From: a virus
Virus record (IMG/VR): IMGVR_UViG_3300032562_000016
DNA: 64,000 nucleotides
Direction: 5' to 3' (one strand)
Both the position numbers and the translations under genes were made by a program. Position 1 is the stretch's first letter. Each line of letters begins with the position of its first letter. Below, piece by piece: positions 45,663-56,370 of the stretch. The notes beneath the pieces were generated by a model. That model did no database searches. It worked only from the letters and a program-made list of their open reading frames with translations, and was not told where the DNA came from.

Positions 45663-47990
45663 TTATTTTTCGATGCTCCAACCTGCGCCGCCTGGAGTCG
45701 GTTTTTCCTGGTCCACGTCTGGATACATGCCAAATCTTTGCTTATGCGCTTCTCTAAATGGAGTATCTTTAGTGTGCATTTTATACAGTTCTTCAGCGAT
45801 GATCTTATCTTTCTGATCTTGCGTCATTAATGGATCTTTGGCCCTAGCCAATGCCCTTGTTGTAAAAAGCTTCTCACGCATATTCATGGTGTCATCAGCT
45901 TCTTTCTTTTTTCTTTCCTCTAATCCTTGCTGTCTTAGATCTAAAGCATTTTGAGCGGCATTGTGTTGCTCAAGGATTTTTGCGTAACCTAAGTTGTTTA
46001 CAAGTTCATGCTGATATTTTTTTTCCTCGGCTTGTTGATTTTGTAAATCACGCAAGCTACTATATCTAGCAATGCCTAACTTACCGGTAAGAATAGCATT
46101 CTCTTCTGCGGCGTTTTCTTTGTTGGCATTCATAGCGTAAGAAATACCAGGCAGAGCGCCTTCTCCAATATCTCCAGCAAGGGTGTGCACTTCACCAGGC
46201 TTAACTGTTCCAGCTTTACCCATCATTCCAAGACCTGCGCTAAGCAAAGACATGTAAAAGTCTTTTTGCTTCTTATCTTGCAAAGCTCCTTCGCGCTTAG
46301 CCAAATAATCATTAAAGCTATCAAATGGATTTGGAGCTGCTTTTTCCACGGCAGGAGCGGCAACGGGTCCTCTTACATAAGAAGGATTAAGTTGATCTTG
46401 TGCATTAGCTGTTTCATCATATCCGCCTAAAGCATTAGATGCAGCTTCAGTTGCAGAAGGAGCAGAAGTAATCAACCTAGAATCATTAGCCATAGTTGGT
46501 CTTCCGCGAGCAATATCAGCGGCAGCAGGTGCAACAGCTACATCAGGAGCAGCAACTTGTGGATGCCTAGGGTTATAAGATCCTGGATGTGAACTAAAGA
46601 AGCTTGCCAAACCAGATAACGCATCTTGCTGTTTTTTTGGATAAACCGGCGTATGGGTATCCACTGGAGCAGCTACTGGCGTATTTCTATTTATAGCATC
46701 TCTATATAACGTAGATTTTGCTAACTCTGGCAAAGACGAGTAATCGTAATTAGGCGTTTCTATTGCCCGGTTAGGCATTAAAGTTTGAGCGGCAGGAGCG
46801 GCGTTACTAACTGGATATGTAGCAGGAGGGTTTTTAACTGCATTTAAAGCATCCGCATAAGGAGTTCCTGTATCCATTCCTGGAATAGTTGTGTAATCCA
46901 TATCGCCTACAAGACTACTATCTGTTCCATTAAAGTGAGCTATTCCACCTTGAGCCAAGCCAACAGTATAGTTCTGGGTTTCTTTAGGTACTGCTCTTGG
47001 ATCTGCTCCATTAGCTAACCATTTGTCTACATTACCAGGACCCCAGTTATAAGCCATAGCAGCAAGCTTAGGATCTTTGTATTTGTTTTCAAGTTTAGCC
47101 AAATATTTAACGCCGCCTCCAATATTTTGCTCAGTATCAAAAGGATCTGTAATTCCCAATTCTTTCTGGGTTCCTTTCATAATCTGCATAATGCCTTCTG
47201 CTCCGGCGGGAGATACAGCATTAACTCTATCCTTTAATCCACCGGTTTCTTTATTGGCAACATGTAATGCAAGCTTCGGATTAGCGTTATATTCTTTAGC
47301 CTTTTCCAATACTATTTTGTCAATATCTTCATTCTTTGTAGGTCTAGCAACTCTAGTTTCTTCCTTGTGCGCTACAACTGGCTGAGCCATTCCAGGCCCT
47401 TGATAGGCTTGGGTTTGCCCCATTTGCTCCGTCATCATAGGAGAGATAGATTCAATACCAGGACTCTTGGCATTCATACCGCCGGCAACAGCATCTTCAA
47501 ACTCTTGATCCTCGTTGTCTGCCTCATCATCCTCTTCATCATCAGGCTTCTCTGATAAATACTGTCTAGCCATTTCCTCCGGATCTGGAACTCCGCCCAT
47601 AGCAAAGCCCATGATGCCGCCAGTAGCAGCTTGAGTAGGTAGATTAGACTGAGCAGCAGCAATACCAGGAGAAGGTTGCTGGGCTTGTTGTGGGGTTTGA
47701 GGAGCTTGTGGAGCTGGCTGTGGAACTTGAGGAGCTTGAGCTTGAGCCAATGTTTGCTGAGCAATAGGAGGCTGATTGAGTAACCCAGACTTCATAGCCT
47801 GAGCACTCTTCATCTCATTCATCTTTGCTGTAATCTTAGAAACCAAAGGTACGCCAAGATAGCCGTACAAAGAACCATCTTGTACAGATTGAGCTATGTG
47901 CTGTTGAAGAGATTGAGCCTGAGAAGGGTCTTTGATATTATCAATTAGCTGACTGTAATGGTTAGCTATTTGGTCTTGAATATCGTTCAT
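45663..47990 (-). CDS. internal virion protein with lytic transglycosylase (SLT) domain
   Basis: AGAEGIMQIMKGTQKELGITDPFDTEQNIGGGVKYLAKL matches the SLT catalytic region (E...GLMQI). The flanking sequence is low-complexity Q/P/A-rich. Confidence 0.65.
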   Translation of the reverse strand: MNDIQDQIANHYSQLIDNIKDPSQAQSLQQHIAQSVQDGSLYGYLGVPLVSKITAKMNEMKSAQAMKSGLLNQPPIAQQTLAQAQAPQVPQPAPQAPQTPQQAQQPSPGIAAAQSNLPTQAATGGIMGFAMGGVPDPEEMARQYLSEKPDDEEDDEADNEDQEFEDAVAGGMNAKSPGIESISPMMTEQMGQTQAYQGPGMAQPVVAHKEETRVARPTKNEDIDKIVLEKAKEYNANPKLALHVANKETGGLKDRVNAVSPAGAEGIMQIMKGTQKELGITDPFDTEQNIGGGVKYLAKLENKYKDPKLAAMAYNWGPGNVDKWLANGADPRAVPKETQNYTVGLAQGGIAHFNGTDSSLVGDMDYTTIPGMDTGTPYADALNAVKNPPATYPVSNAAPAAQTLMPNRAIETPNYDYSSLPELAKSTLYRDAINRNTPVAAPVDTHTPVYPKKQQDALSGLASFFSSHPGSYNPRHPQVAAPDVAVAPAAADIARGRPTMANDSRLITSAPSATEAASNALGGYDETANAQDQLNPSYVRGPVAAPAVEKAAPNPFDSFNDYLAKREGALQDKKQKDFYMSLLSAGLGMMGKAGTVKPGEVHTLAGDIGEGALPGISYAMNANKENAAEENAILTGKLGIARYSSLRDLQNQQAEEKKYQHELVNNLGYAKILEQHNAAQNALDLRQQGLEERKKKEADDTMNMREKLFTTRALARAKDPLMTQDQKDKIIAEELYKMHTKDTPFREAHKQRFGMYPDVDQEKPTPGGAGWSIEK

Positions 47991-49123
47991 TTTGCACCTT
48001 TCATGGCGTTATATAACCCAAGGCTAACAATTCCTCCGGCTGCATATGATTTAACTTTTCCGCCTTTTGCCTGATTTACTGGGGCAGATCCTGAGTTGGT
48101 TCCAGTACCATTAATATTAATTGTTGGAGAGCTTGGATTAGCCAATCCATAGATACCGGCTCCAGCAGTACCAAGTCCCGCAAGTTGAGAAAAAGTATTG
48201 GGCGCAGCAGCTTGCTGAGTAGTCGTTATGTCGGATATAGGCAACCCAGACGTTAAGTTCTTGAGCTGACCAAGTTGCGTCATAGGATACTGCTGAGCAG
48301 TAGCATAATTCTGCATTGCCTGGTTGATGATGTTTTGCTGTTGCTGTTGCTGTTGTCCGCCAACTGTTCCTTGTTGGTTAAGGATATTTTGCTGATTAGC
48401 CAATCCTTGAGTTCCCAAAGCACCGAGTTGACCTGCATTTTGAGCAGCTTGATTAGCAGCTTGTAAAGCAAACGTACCGCTTTGGTTGTATTGGTTTTGA
48501 GCAGCGCCAAACGCATTGTTATATGCGTTACCAATCAACTGTTGCTGAGCTAAGTTCTGGTTCTGAGAGTTAAGCGCATTCATTACCGCTTCTCTGCTTC
48601 CGCCAAAAGCACCGGCTTGTGTAGCAGAACCTTGCTCTTGTGCAGCTTGTTGACCATATTGCTGATTTAACAATTGCAAACTAGGAGCAAGTGACTGTTG
48701 AAGATACGGATTCATGTATCCACCAACTTGATTTTGAAAATCTTGTGGATTAGCAGATGCGCCTAGTTGGTTAGCAGTGTTGATCGAATTTATTGTCTGA
48801 CCAGATGCAGCACCAGTTTGCCAAGGATTTTGTAAACTAGCTACGCCTTGCTGTTGTTGCGCCTGAAGCGGTGTAAATCCAGCAACTGACGACTGAGCAG
48901 CGGCTTGTGAACTTGGATCCATGCCGTACTGTCCGCCAGCAGGTGTATATGATCCATAAGGGTTATAAGGGTTTATACCAGTAATCTGTCCAGATGGATT
49001 TGTATTAAATACCTGGCTTTGAGCGGCGCCAAGAATATCAGTGATATACGGCTGAGCCCAAGGCGATAGACTTGAATATTGATTTGATTGTGCGGTTTGA
49101 CCGCTTCCTCCGCCACCACTCAT
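47987..49123 (-). CDS. Q/N/G-rich low-complexity virion protein
   Basis: 378 aa with over 30% Q+N and long QQQQ runs. Confidence 0.45.
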   Translation of the reverse strand: MSGGGGSGQTAQSNQYSSLSPWAQPYITDILGAAQSQVFNTNPSGQITGINPYNPYGSYTPAGGQYGMDPSSQAAAQSSVAGFTPLQAQQQQGVASLQNPWQTGAASGQTINSINTANQLGASANPQDFQNQVGGYMNPYLQQSLAPSLQLLNQQYGQQAAQEQGSATQAGAFGGSREAVMNALNSQNQNLAQQQLIGNAYNNAFGAAQNQYNQSGTFALQAANQAAQNAGQLGALGTQGLANQQNILNQQGTVGGQQQQQQQNIINQAMQNYATAQQYPMTQLGQLKNLTSGLPISDITTTQQAAAPNTFSQLAGLGTAGAGIYGLANPSSPTININGTGTNSGSAPVNQAKGGKVKSYAAGGIVSLGLYNAMKGAK

Positions 49124-49132
49124 AATAGACTC

Positions 49133-49546
49133 CTAAATATCTGTTTTTACAACCGTATATTGCTTATTAAAGCCATACCGTCTAAGCCACCTAGCTACAG
49201 AATCTCTAACCGCACCCTGTATTCTAGTTGCTCCCATGTTTTTTAGTAACACTTTTAGCTGAGAAAAAGTGTCTTCATTTGAAATTAATCTGCCGCCAAT
49301 GGTCGTAAAAAACGCCGTCCTGTGAAGCGGATCATTTATAAAAGTAACCGTCCCCGCGCCATGTATAACGCCGTCCTCGTCTAACGCAACAAATAGCGCC
49401 CAAGAACCGGTATTAACATACATTTGAGCCTGTTCAAGCGTATAGTCTTCGTTACCGTAATTGTGCGCTTGAGCTATATACCTCTCAACCAATGGCCAAG
49501 CCTGGGCGCAGTGGCTAAGGGGTATATGCTTTACAGACAATATCAT
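49133..49546 (-). CDS. hypothetical virion-module protein
   Basis: 137 aa globular. Confidence 0.4.
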   Translation of the reverse strand: MILSVKHIPLSHCAQAWPLVERYIAQAHNYGNEDYTLEQAQMYVNTGSWALFVALDEDGVIHGAGTVTFINDPLHRTAFFTTIGGRLISNEDTFSQLKVLLKNMGATRIQGAVRDSVARWLRRYGFNKQYTVVKTDI

Positions 49547-51114
49547 GTTGGGATGTACTTTTCTGCATCAATTTGTTTACCTTGTCTGGTATGACCTGTT
49601 CTGGCTTTGCGAACTTTATCCATCATTGCATAGAGATGTTTAGCGCCAGCATCAGTAGAGCCATTACCAAGATGAGAAACCACATCAGATGGCACAACAA
49701 ACTCACCTTCAGCCAATCTTGCAGGTTGTTTATCAGCAATACTAGCGGGAATATCATCAGACATGCCATCCCCAGGGCCTTTAAGTAAACGTCCACCATC
49801 TGAATAACTTCCTAAGTTATAACCTGTATCTCCTCCAGATGCCAAGCCTAAGCTCCTGCCTATAGAGCTAACTCCGTTACTAATACTTTGTCCAATACCA
49901 TCTATGCTTTGCCCTATACCGCCAAGGAATCCTGGGCCACTGCTAAATTGTTCTTGGTTGTAAGGAACTCCGGTTTTAGGGTCTATTGAATCAGCTCCTT
50001 GAGCGGAATACATTTGTTGTAAAGTTTGTCCGCCAGATGCCAAGCCCATGATGCCGCCTTGCGCTGCCGTAATATTTGAAGGCAAACTAATGCCGTACTG
50101 AGATGCGAGATCTTGCAAACTAGAGCTAGAAGAAGGAGCTTGATATACCTGTAAAGGACCACTGCTTTCGCCCGCAGCAGTCATGCCGCCAGACGCCATA
50201 GAGTTGGTAATAGCCTGAGACATAGGCAGATTACTAGGCTCATAACCTACCATTTGATTGGCAGATGTAGGCAGTTGTGTAGGAGCATGGTAAACATTAG
50301 AGCTTAACTGACTCTGTGGATACTCTTGTCCAGGATCGCCCCCCATAGATAAAGACATAATACCGCCCTGAGCTGCGGCGCGATACGGCTGATATCCGGC
50401 GGCTAACGTCCTGCCCAATCCATAAGATGCGGCAGATGGAGGCTGATATGTTGGCATGTAGTTAGGCTTTGTTCCGCCAAGAGCTGAATAAGCAGCAAGA
50501 GCGGCAGCAGCAGACATATAAGGATGATCGTGAACAAAGTTCATCAAACCATTTCCAGCAGAGGATGCGGCAGAACCTATCTTACTCAGCATTGAAGGAG
50601 TATTGGTTGCCTGGGCATTAGCTCCTTGTGCTGCTGTTTGAGCGCCCCATTGGCTTTCATCTTCTGCATACAAAGGATTTGGAGCGCCAGACGGTAAAGT
50701 TGCTGATGCAGAACTTCCGGCTACGTTACTAGCAGTTGGATATCCTACTTGACTAAATCCATTTTCAATCTGACCTGCATATGGGTTAGCTCCGCCTAAA
50801 GCCGAAACCTGATTTGTACCTAATGCGGCCATATCACCTGAAGCAACTGGAGCTGCTGTACTAGCTGCGCCTTGAGCAAATTCTCCGGTTAATCCACTTA
50901 AAGCATCGGCATCAGAAGCAGACATAGCAGCACCAGCACCACTACCTCCAGACAAAAGAGAGCCAATCCCAAAGTCTGCTCCAGCGCCGCCTAATCCAAG
51001 TAGCTCAGGATTCATTGTGCCAACAGCTAAGGCGCCAAGAGCCAGCTCGCCAATACCTTTTGGGCTACTTAAAGTACCGCTAATACTACCTATTGGATCA
51101 GACCAAAAACTCAT
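49543..51114 (-). CDS. G/S/A-rich low-complexity virion protein
   Basis: 523 aa, Gly/Ser/Ala-rich with repeated SGG/MSxGG motifs. Confidence 0.45.
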   Translation of the reverse strand: MSFWSDPIGSISGTLSSPKGIGELALGALAVGTMNPELLGLGGAGADFGIGSLLSGGSGAGAAMSASDADALSGLTGEFAQGAASTAAPVASGDMAALGTNQVSALGGANPYAGQIENGFSQVGYPTASNVAGSSASATLPSGAPNPLYAEDESQWGAQTAAQGANAQATNTPSMLSKIGSAASSAGNGLMNFVHDHPYMSAAAALAAYSALGGTKPNYMPTYQPPSAASYGLGRTLAAGYQPYRAAAQGGIMSLSMGGDPGQEYPQSQLSSNVYHAPTQLPTSANQMVGYEPSNLPMSQAITNSMASGGMTAAGESSGPLQVYQAPSSSSSLQDLASQYGISLPSNITAAQGGIMGLASGGQTLQQMYSAQGADSIDPKTGVPYNQEQFSSGPGFLGGIGQSIDGIGQSISNGVSSIGRSLGLASGGDTGYNLGSYSDGGRLLKGPGDGMSDDIPASIADKQPARLAEGEFVVPSDVVSHLGNGSTDAGAKHLYAMMDKVRKARTGHTRQGKQIDAEKYIPT

Positions 51115-51124
51115 AACTATCCCC

Positions 51125-51463
51125 TTAAGATGTTCTTACTTTAAGCACGTTATCTGCGCTTGTATCTACATAAATATCGCCAACTCTTAACAAACCATTT
51201 GCGTAATCCGTCTGCGTAGGTAAGCTAATAACTTGTCCAGTACCTGAAGTCCCAGGTTGGCTAAAATTTAAAGCAGAAATAACCTGAGCAACCGTTGTTG
51301 AGTTCGGCGCGGTTACCCTTTGCGTAGCCATAGCAGATGGACCCGGACTATCTAACTGCGTAAAGTAAAGCCGTAAAGCATTTAACATCGAGTTAATATA
51401 GGCGGGATCATATTCCGCAGGGGCAATCGGTATGTTGGGTTGGTGTGTGGTTCCAGTTGACAT
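51125..51463 (-). CDS. hypothetical structural protein
   Basis: 112 aa. Confidence 0.4.
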   Translation of the reverse strand: MSTGTTHQPNIPIAPAEYDPAYINSMLNALRLYFTQLDSPGPSAMATQRVTAPNSTTVAQVISALNFSQPGTSGTGQVISLPTQTDYANGLLRVGDIYVDTSADNVLKVRTS

Positions 51464-53907
51464 TACCTTCTCCCATCCGGTCTAATATCAAACCTAGGAA
51501 CACCGAGCTGCCACGCTGTTCCAATTGTATTGGACTCAATTCTAAACGCCATTTGACGTCCTCTGAGCCTTGTATAAACTTGACCAGTAAACTGTTGTAT
51601 GTTGTACGCATTTGTGGCTGCGTAATTGTTTGCACTGACAACCTGTGGAGTAGCCGCCGCGCCGTAAGCAGTTCCAGAATTCTCTCTTGGCTTAACCGTC
51701 ATCGTCACATAAGGTTCAGCAGGTGCTCCAGCCTGGTTTGAATTAGACCCGTTAAAGTTAACGTCCGGTAATATTCTCCAAACAAACCCAAAGTTCTGGC
51801 CTTCTGCAATCTCAAAGTCGGATGATTGAATATAAGCATCTATTGGCAAAACGGCAGCAGTAGACAGATCATCTGTACCGCTTTCATGGTTTAACAATAA
51901 ACCATTTCCGTTGGTTGTCAATACTGTAATCTGGCTATTAGAAGACCCAACAACCTGGCTAGGAGATATCGTATAAGTGCCAACTCCGCCTGTTCCGGTT
52001 CCAAGAGCCGTAATGGTTGTATTTGGAGCTATTCCAGGTCCTGTTAACGTTTGTCCAACAGCTAAAGTACCAAGTGTAATAGCGGTAACATGTAATGTAG
52101 TTGCAGATATATACCCAGTAAAAATACAGTTTGTGTTGTAAGAAGCGGCAACGGGATAGAACTCAATACCGTTCTGTATCCATGCGGTTCTGGACATTTC
52201 CCCGTAATACCAAATATTCTCTAAGTAGTTATAGACTACATAAGAGTCAACAATCGTATTTGGATTTGCGGATGTGCCTGTACCGTTTGGCCCGGCAATA
52301 GAACAATAGAACCACCAAATCTCATTAAACTGCTCATTAGCACCGGCAAATACTTGATAAGACTGCTGTTGGTTTAGCTGCTCAAATACATATTGACGCA
52401 CTGCACAATCAAGCGTAGATACCGTACCTGTATACCGATAGAACTTATCCTGCCCCATCCAATAGGTCGTATTGTTAATCGTCACCATGCAATTGGGAGA
52501 CATAACAGATATATTGTCCATCATGATCTGGAAGCCCCAAACATATGGGGCGCCAATATACTGCATAGAATAAAGAGCAGAATCAGTCCAAACTAATATC
52601 TCCTGGCGGGTCGTTCTGGCTCCAACAATATAAGAACCGTTGCTTAATATGTAATCACCTGCCTGGTTTGTTACGCTAGGCGTCCATTGCTGAGGATTAG
52701 CCTGGTCTGACCAGCGAACGCACATGGGATTAAATGTAGAAGACCCATACGGATTAGCTCCAAAAGCAATAACAAACTGCTGAATGGAAGACGCTATGAC
52801 CTGATACGTTTGAGTTGGTACGTTAGAAGCGCCAGACAAAGAAGACAATGGGGTAGCCCTGGTTCCTACTCCGTTTGCGTCTTGCCAATAATATATAGCA
52901 CCGCCTCTAGGGGCAATAACTAAATCTTGACCGTAGTTATCGTTAGACCAAAGCCTGAGCTGAGATCCAACGCCCGCTCCGGCGTAAGACGTCCCCCATC
53001 CACGAGTACCTGTTTGCTCTTGTACAACTACAGAAGATCCGCCACCGCTACCCGTAGAAGTAGCAGTTAATGTGCTAGAAATTGTGGATGTAGAAATCGT
53101 ATATGTGTTTGTGCCGGTAGAAGTAATCTGATATGCAAAATTATTAAGCACTGATGCCGGTATGCCGTTAGTCGCTGTAGCCCCTGTGAAGATAACAAAA
53201 GTACCAGTCGTTAAACCGTGAGCAGTCTGGGTAACCGTAATAGTCCCGCTTGTATTTGTAGTTGCAAATGGGTTAGATCCTAAAGATACGCTTAAAGGCT
53301 GAGAAGCTCCGCCCCAAGGACCTGCGCCCCATCCGTTACTGACCGTATATACATCAAGACCTGCTGGGACTTCATACCCCGCAGATACCGATCCGCCGCC
53401 AGTAGCACTTGAAGATGCAGTAGTTGACGCAGTAATCGTATATGTATTAGCACTTGGGTTAATAGATACGACTTGATATTCACCACTTATGGTTAATCCG
53501 CCAACAGCAGAGCCACCGCTAAACACAACATAGTCCCCAACACTAGGATCATAGCTTCCATCCGTTACAGTAACCGTTGCAGAACCGGAAGTAGTTGTAA
53601 AAGGATTGGTTAGCGAATCAGACTGGATAAAAGGAGTTATATCGTTATAAGTACCGCCCTGGTAGATGTAATACTTAATCTGGGTTCCTACGCCTATTAG
53701 ATTATTTCCTGCAAGGTCAACCCAATTCCAAAGCGCGCGGGCATGGCCTAAGTACTGATTAGGACTAACCTGGCTCCATCCGCCTATCTTTTCTGGAAAC
53801 CCAGAGCGGAACCGAATGTTATTACAGTCGAACCATCCACCAGTGTTGGCAAAATCTGTGCCTTCACGGTTAACTCCTGGTCTGAACTGTAATTTCTGTA
53901 AGGGCAT
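51463..53907 (-). CDS. large tail structural protein (814 aa)
   Basis: G/S/T-rich beta-rich protein upstream of the fibre cluster. The function (tube, tubular or baseplate) is not resolvable from sequence alone. Confidence 0.5.
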   Translation of the reverse strand: MPLQKLQFRPGVNREGTDFANTGGWFDCNNIRFRSGFPEKIGGWSQVSPNQYLGHARALWNWVDLAGNNLIGVGTQIKYYIYQGGTYNDITPFIQSDSLTNPFTTTSGSATVTVTDGSYDPSVGDYVVFSGGSAVGGLTISGEYQVVSINPSANTYTITASTTASSSATGGGSVSAGYEVPAGLDVYTVSNGWGAGPWGGASQPLSVSLGSNPFATTNTSGTITVTQTAHGLTTGTFVIFTGATATNGIPASVLNNFAYQITSTGTNTYTISTSTISSTLTATSTGSGGGSSVVVQEQTGTRGWGTSYAGAGVGSQLRLWSNDNYGQDLVIAPRGGAIYYWQDANGVGTRATPLSSLSGASNVPTQTYQVIASSIQQFVIAFGANPYGSSTFNPMCVRWSDQANPQQWTPSVTNQAGDYILSNGSYIVGARTTRQEILVWTDSALYSMQYIGAPYVWGFQIMMDNISVMSPNCMVTINNTTYWMGQDKFYRYTGTVSTLDCAVRQYVFEQLNQQQSYQVFAGANEQFNEIWWFYCSIAGPNGTGTSANPNTIVDSYVVYNYLENIWYYGEMSRTAWIQNGIEFYPVAASYNTNCIFTGYISATTLHVTAITLGTLAVGQTLTGPGIAPNTTITALGTGTGGVGTYTISPSQVVGSSNSQITVLTTNGNGLLLNHESGTDDLSTAAVLPIDAYIQSSDFEIAEGQNFGFVWRILPDVNFNGSNSNQAGAPAEPYVTMTVKPRENSGTAYGAAATPQVVSANNYAATNAYNIQQFTGQVYTRLRGRQMAFRIESNTIGTAWQLGVPRFDIRPDGRR

Positions 53908-53914
53908 AGATTCC

Positions 53915-54520
53915 TCAAGCTAAAACGGACATGGCATGTTGATACCTCGCCATGCGATCCTCTTGCCCAATTGTCCCACCATTTATAGCTTTTGTCAGCC
54001 CCGTAAAGTCATTATTATCCACATGACGGTTTAGATTGTGCTTTTCCCAAAAAACTGCGGCGGAAATAGCTGATCCCTCCGGCGTAGCTACAGCATCAGG
54101 ATTAGATACAAAGTCAATCTGAGTGGCATCTGATAGCTGTTCATATCCTGCTTTACCTGTTGTTTGCAGCCATCCGCGACCACGGTAATTCCACCCATCC
54201 CCAGATTCTTCGTCACCGTTCGACATACGGTTAGCGTAAGCACGGTTAGCTATCTTTTCAGGATTATGAGCATATTCGCTTGCGTTTTCTTCGTTGAAAT
54301 GGCTAGGCCAAGTACGGCACAAAGACTCGGCTTTGTAGTTTAGGTTTTCCTCCATAAACCGAAAGCTGTCAGATTCATGACCGCACTGCGCAATAAAGGC
54401 AGCTAACCTCTCAGGTGTAGACAAATCCGCTTTTTCTATAGCAACGTTCATAGCGTCAATTAGCGCCTCGGCATGACCTAAATCAATATTTGCTGCTTCA
54501 GCGAGTTGTTGTGCTTCCAT
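53915..54520 (-). CDS. endolysin, glycoside hydrolase family 19 (chitinase-like)
   Basis: [12 protein letters not shown] (catalytic Glu), [12 protein letters not shown] and AINGG motifs are typical of GH19 phage endolysins. Confidence 0.8.
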   Translation of the reverse strand: MEAQQLAEAANIDLGHAEALIDAMNVAIEKADLSTPERLAAFIAQCGHESDSFRFMEENLNYKAESLCRTWPSHFNEENASEYAHNPEKIANRAYANRMSNGDEESGDGWNYRGRGWLQTTGKAGYEQLSDATQIDFVSNPDAVATPEGSAISAAVFWEKHNLNRHVDNNDFTGLTKAINGGTIGQEDRMARYQHAMSVLA

Positions 54521-54974
54521 TGATTAATTCCTTTACTTGATTATAGGTTGCGATACAGGCGTTGAGTTTCCTGATTGCGAGGTCCCCATCGTCTGTGACG
54601 GAGACAAGATCTGTAGCAGTCTTTGGGTCAAGTTGGGTTGTTGAGGTGTCAGGTCCGCTGGAAGGTCCGGCATCCTTGGAGGGACATACTGTGCCTTTAG
54701 TTTTGACGAAGAGCTGCAACTTGCCAGTAGCAATATCAGCATCACGCTTAGCAATTTGTTTTTGAGCTTCATTTTGCACCTTGTCTAATTGTGTTGATAA
54801 GTCTGTAATCTTTCCGTTAAGCTCTTGTTCTGTAGCCCTTGCTTGTTCGTTAGCCTTAGCTATTTGTAAAGCTACTTCAGTCTGAGATTCATCATACCCT
54901 TTATGATGGCCGTAGAAATACGAAACAGATCCAATCAATATAAAGAGGATGAGTTCTATCTGCGCTCTATTCAT
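54498..54974 (-). CDS. i-spanin (Rz-like)
   Basis: N-terminal TM helix (LILFILIGSVSYFYG), periplasmic coiled coil; overlaps the endolysin start. Confidence 0.65.
   Translation of the reverse strand: MNRAQIELILFILIGSVSYFYGHHKGYDESQTEVALQIAKANEQARATEQELNGKITDLSTQLDKVQNEAQKQIAKRDADIATGKLQLFVKTKGTVCPSKDAGPSSGPDTSTTQLDPKTATDLVSVTDDGDLAIRKLNACIATYNQVKELINGSTTTR
54533..54772 (-). CDS. o-spanin (Rz1-like lipoprotein) fully embedded in the i-spanin gene in another frame
   Basis: Signal peptide with lipobox LLASC followed by a Pro-rich mature region; classic embedded Rz/Rz1 architecture. Confidence 0.65.
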   Translation of the reverse strand: MKLKNKLLSVMLILLLASCSSSSKLKAQYVPPRMPDLPADLTPQQPNLTQRLLQILSPSQTMGTSQSGNSTPVSQPIIK

Positions 54975-55414
54975 AGTGCTGGCCTATCATTTGGGTTGCC
55001 AAAATGGGGAGAAGAAGTTGTTGGGGCAAACGTCTTAGGAGCAGTCGGAACAGAACTTCCAAAAGAAGGAGCACAAGACGTTGTAGGCATTGTAGGCTTT
55101 GGTAGCGTATTAGAACCTTTTGCAATGTAATTTGCCAATATCTGGAGAAGCTGCCCGGCAACTAGGGTAAGTACTGTAAAGATCTGCTTATCAGCGGGAG
55201 CTTCATTAAACAAGGGTTGCTCTGTAAATACGATGCTATAGCCAAAAAGAATAACAATAAATACCAAGGCGATACTGAACATCCGGATTACGAACCGGTT
55301 TGTCTCTGCGTTTAACTGCTCAGTTGTCTTGTGATTTGCCATTAGTTGGTTTGTTAAAGTATTCAGGACACGTTTGAGTAGCGACACATAAGGGCGGTTT
55401 GCAGTCATCATCAC
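54971..55414 (-). CDS. holin candidate
   Basis: 147 aa with two hydrophobic helices (IRMFSIALVFIVILFGYSIVF; IFTVLTLVAGQLLQILANYIA), immediately upstream of the spanin/endolysin genes. Confidence 0.45.
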   Translation of the reverse strand: MMMTANRPYVSLLKRVLNTLTNQLMANHKTTEQLNAETNRFVIRMFSIALVFIVILFGYSIVFTEQPLFNEAPADKQIFTVLTLVAGQLLQILANYIAKGSNTLPKPTMPTTSCAPSFGSSVPTAPKTFAPTTSSPHFGNPNDRPAL

Positions 55415-55495
55415 TCCAATGCTTGGGGTCTTGGCAGTGGTATCTGTACCTGTCGGAGCACCCCACTAACAACATAATCAATAAAGCGCATATTT

Positions 55496-55750
55496 TCATT
55501 TGTCCTTCTGAGCCTCAAGTTCTTTCTTCAGCTTTTCAATTCTTTTGAGATCATTTGCAATTAATATCCTATCCTGGTGTACATCCATGTACATAATACC
55601 AATCACAGGCAATATCAGAACGAATAACAGCGCTAAGATAATGATGGTGATTACATACCCCCATGACTCGCTCGATTTATTGCCCACATCAGTCCCGCCA
55701 AATATATTGCTACAAAGATGACCACCACCGTGTAAGCACTCATCAACCAA
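55496..55750 (-). CDS. small membrane protein (holin or antiholin candidate; start uncertain)
   Basis: 84 aa, one TM (VITIIILALLFVLILPVIGIMY). The 5' end overlaps the upstream ORF by about 100 nt, so the true start is probably downstream. Confidence 0.3.
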   Translation of the reverse strand: MVDECLHGGGHLCSNIFGGTDVGNKSSESWGYVITIIILALLFVLILPVIGIMYMDVHQDRILIANDLKRIEKLKKELEAQKDK

Positions 55751-56304
55751 GCCCTATCTGCCAAATCCCTTGCCTCTGCTTCCCGCTGAGCTTTCTTCCT
55801 AAGCTCCGCCTTCCTTGCGATCTCCTGCTTTGCCTTAACCGTACCGATCATTTCATTGACGCGCGTATAAAGATCTTTTAGTTCTGGCGGGACATGGTAG
55901 ATCATGAATTCCGTTAAATCTGTACCCATTTGCTCCAACTGCGTCTTTGCCAAAACCAACCGAATCGCTATCTCATACGTCTCACCATCTGGATCGTAAA
56001 TTTTTTCAATCCGTTCTTCTTCAGTCCTAATTGCATCCGCACAAGCTTTGTAGTTCTTGAAGAATGAAACTAGCTGATCTCCAATCTCTGCGTAAATAGC
56101 CTTTTCGTCAAACTTTACCTTTTCCTTTTTCTGATTCTTAGGATGAATATCTTGCAGTGTTTTCTTCTCTTCCACCGGAGGGGCAAACAGATTTGTTATC
56201 CACCCCCATATCCCCTTTACCTCTTTCCCTATTTGTTTAACTTCATTGACAGTCTTTTGTACATCTTTGACAAGTGCTTTGCCTTCGTTGTACATAGCGC
56301 ACAA
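55651..56304 (-). CDS. coiled-coil protein with C-terminal TM anchor
   Basis: 217 aa. Confidence 0.4.
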   Translation of the reverse strand: MCAMYNEGKALVKDVQKTVNEVKQIGKEVKGIWGWITNLFAPPVEEKKTLQDIHPKNQKKEKVKFDEKAIYAEIGDQLVSFFKNYKACADAIRTEEERIEKIYDPDGETYEIAIRLVLAKTQLEQMGTDLTEFMIYHVPPELKDLYTRVNEMIGTVKAKQEIARKAELRKKAQREAEARDLADRAWLMSAYTVVVIFVAIYLAGLMWAINRASHGGM

Positions 56305-56370
56305 CTCTTTGACCCCAGTGAATGCGGCATTGGCAGCTTGGAAAAGAAGCAGGAATTCAATGACTGGTCC

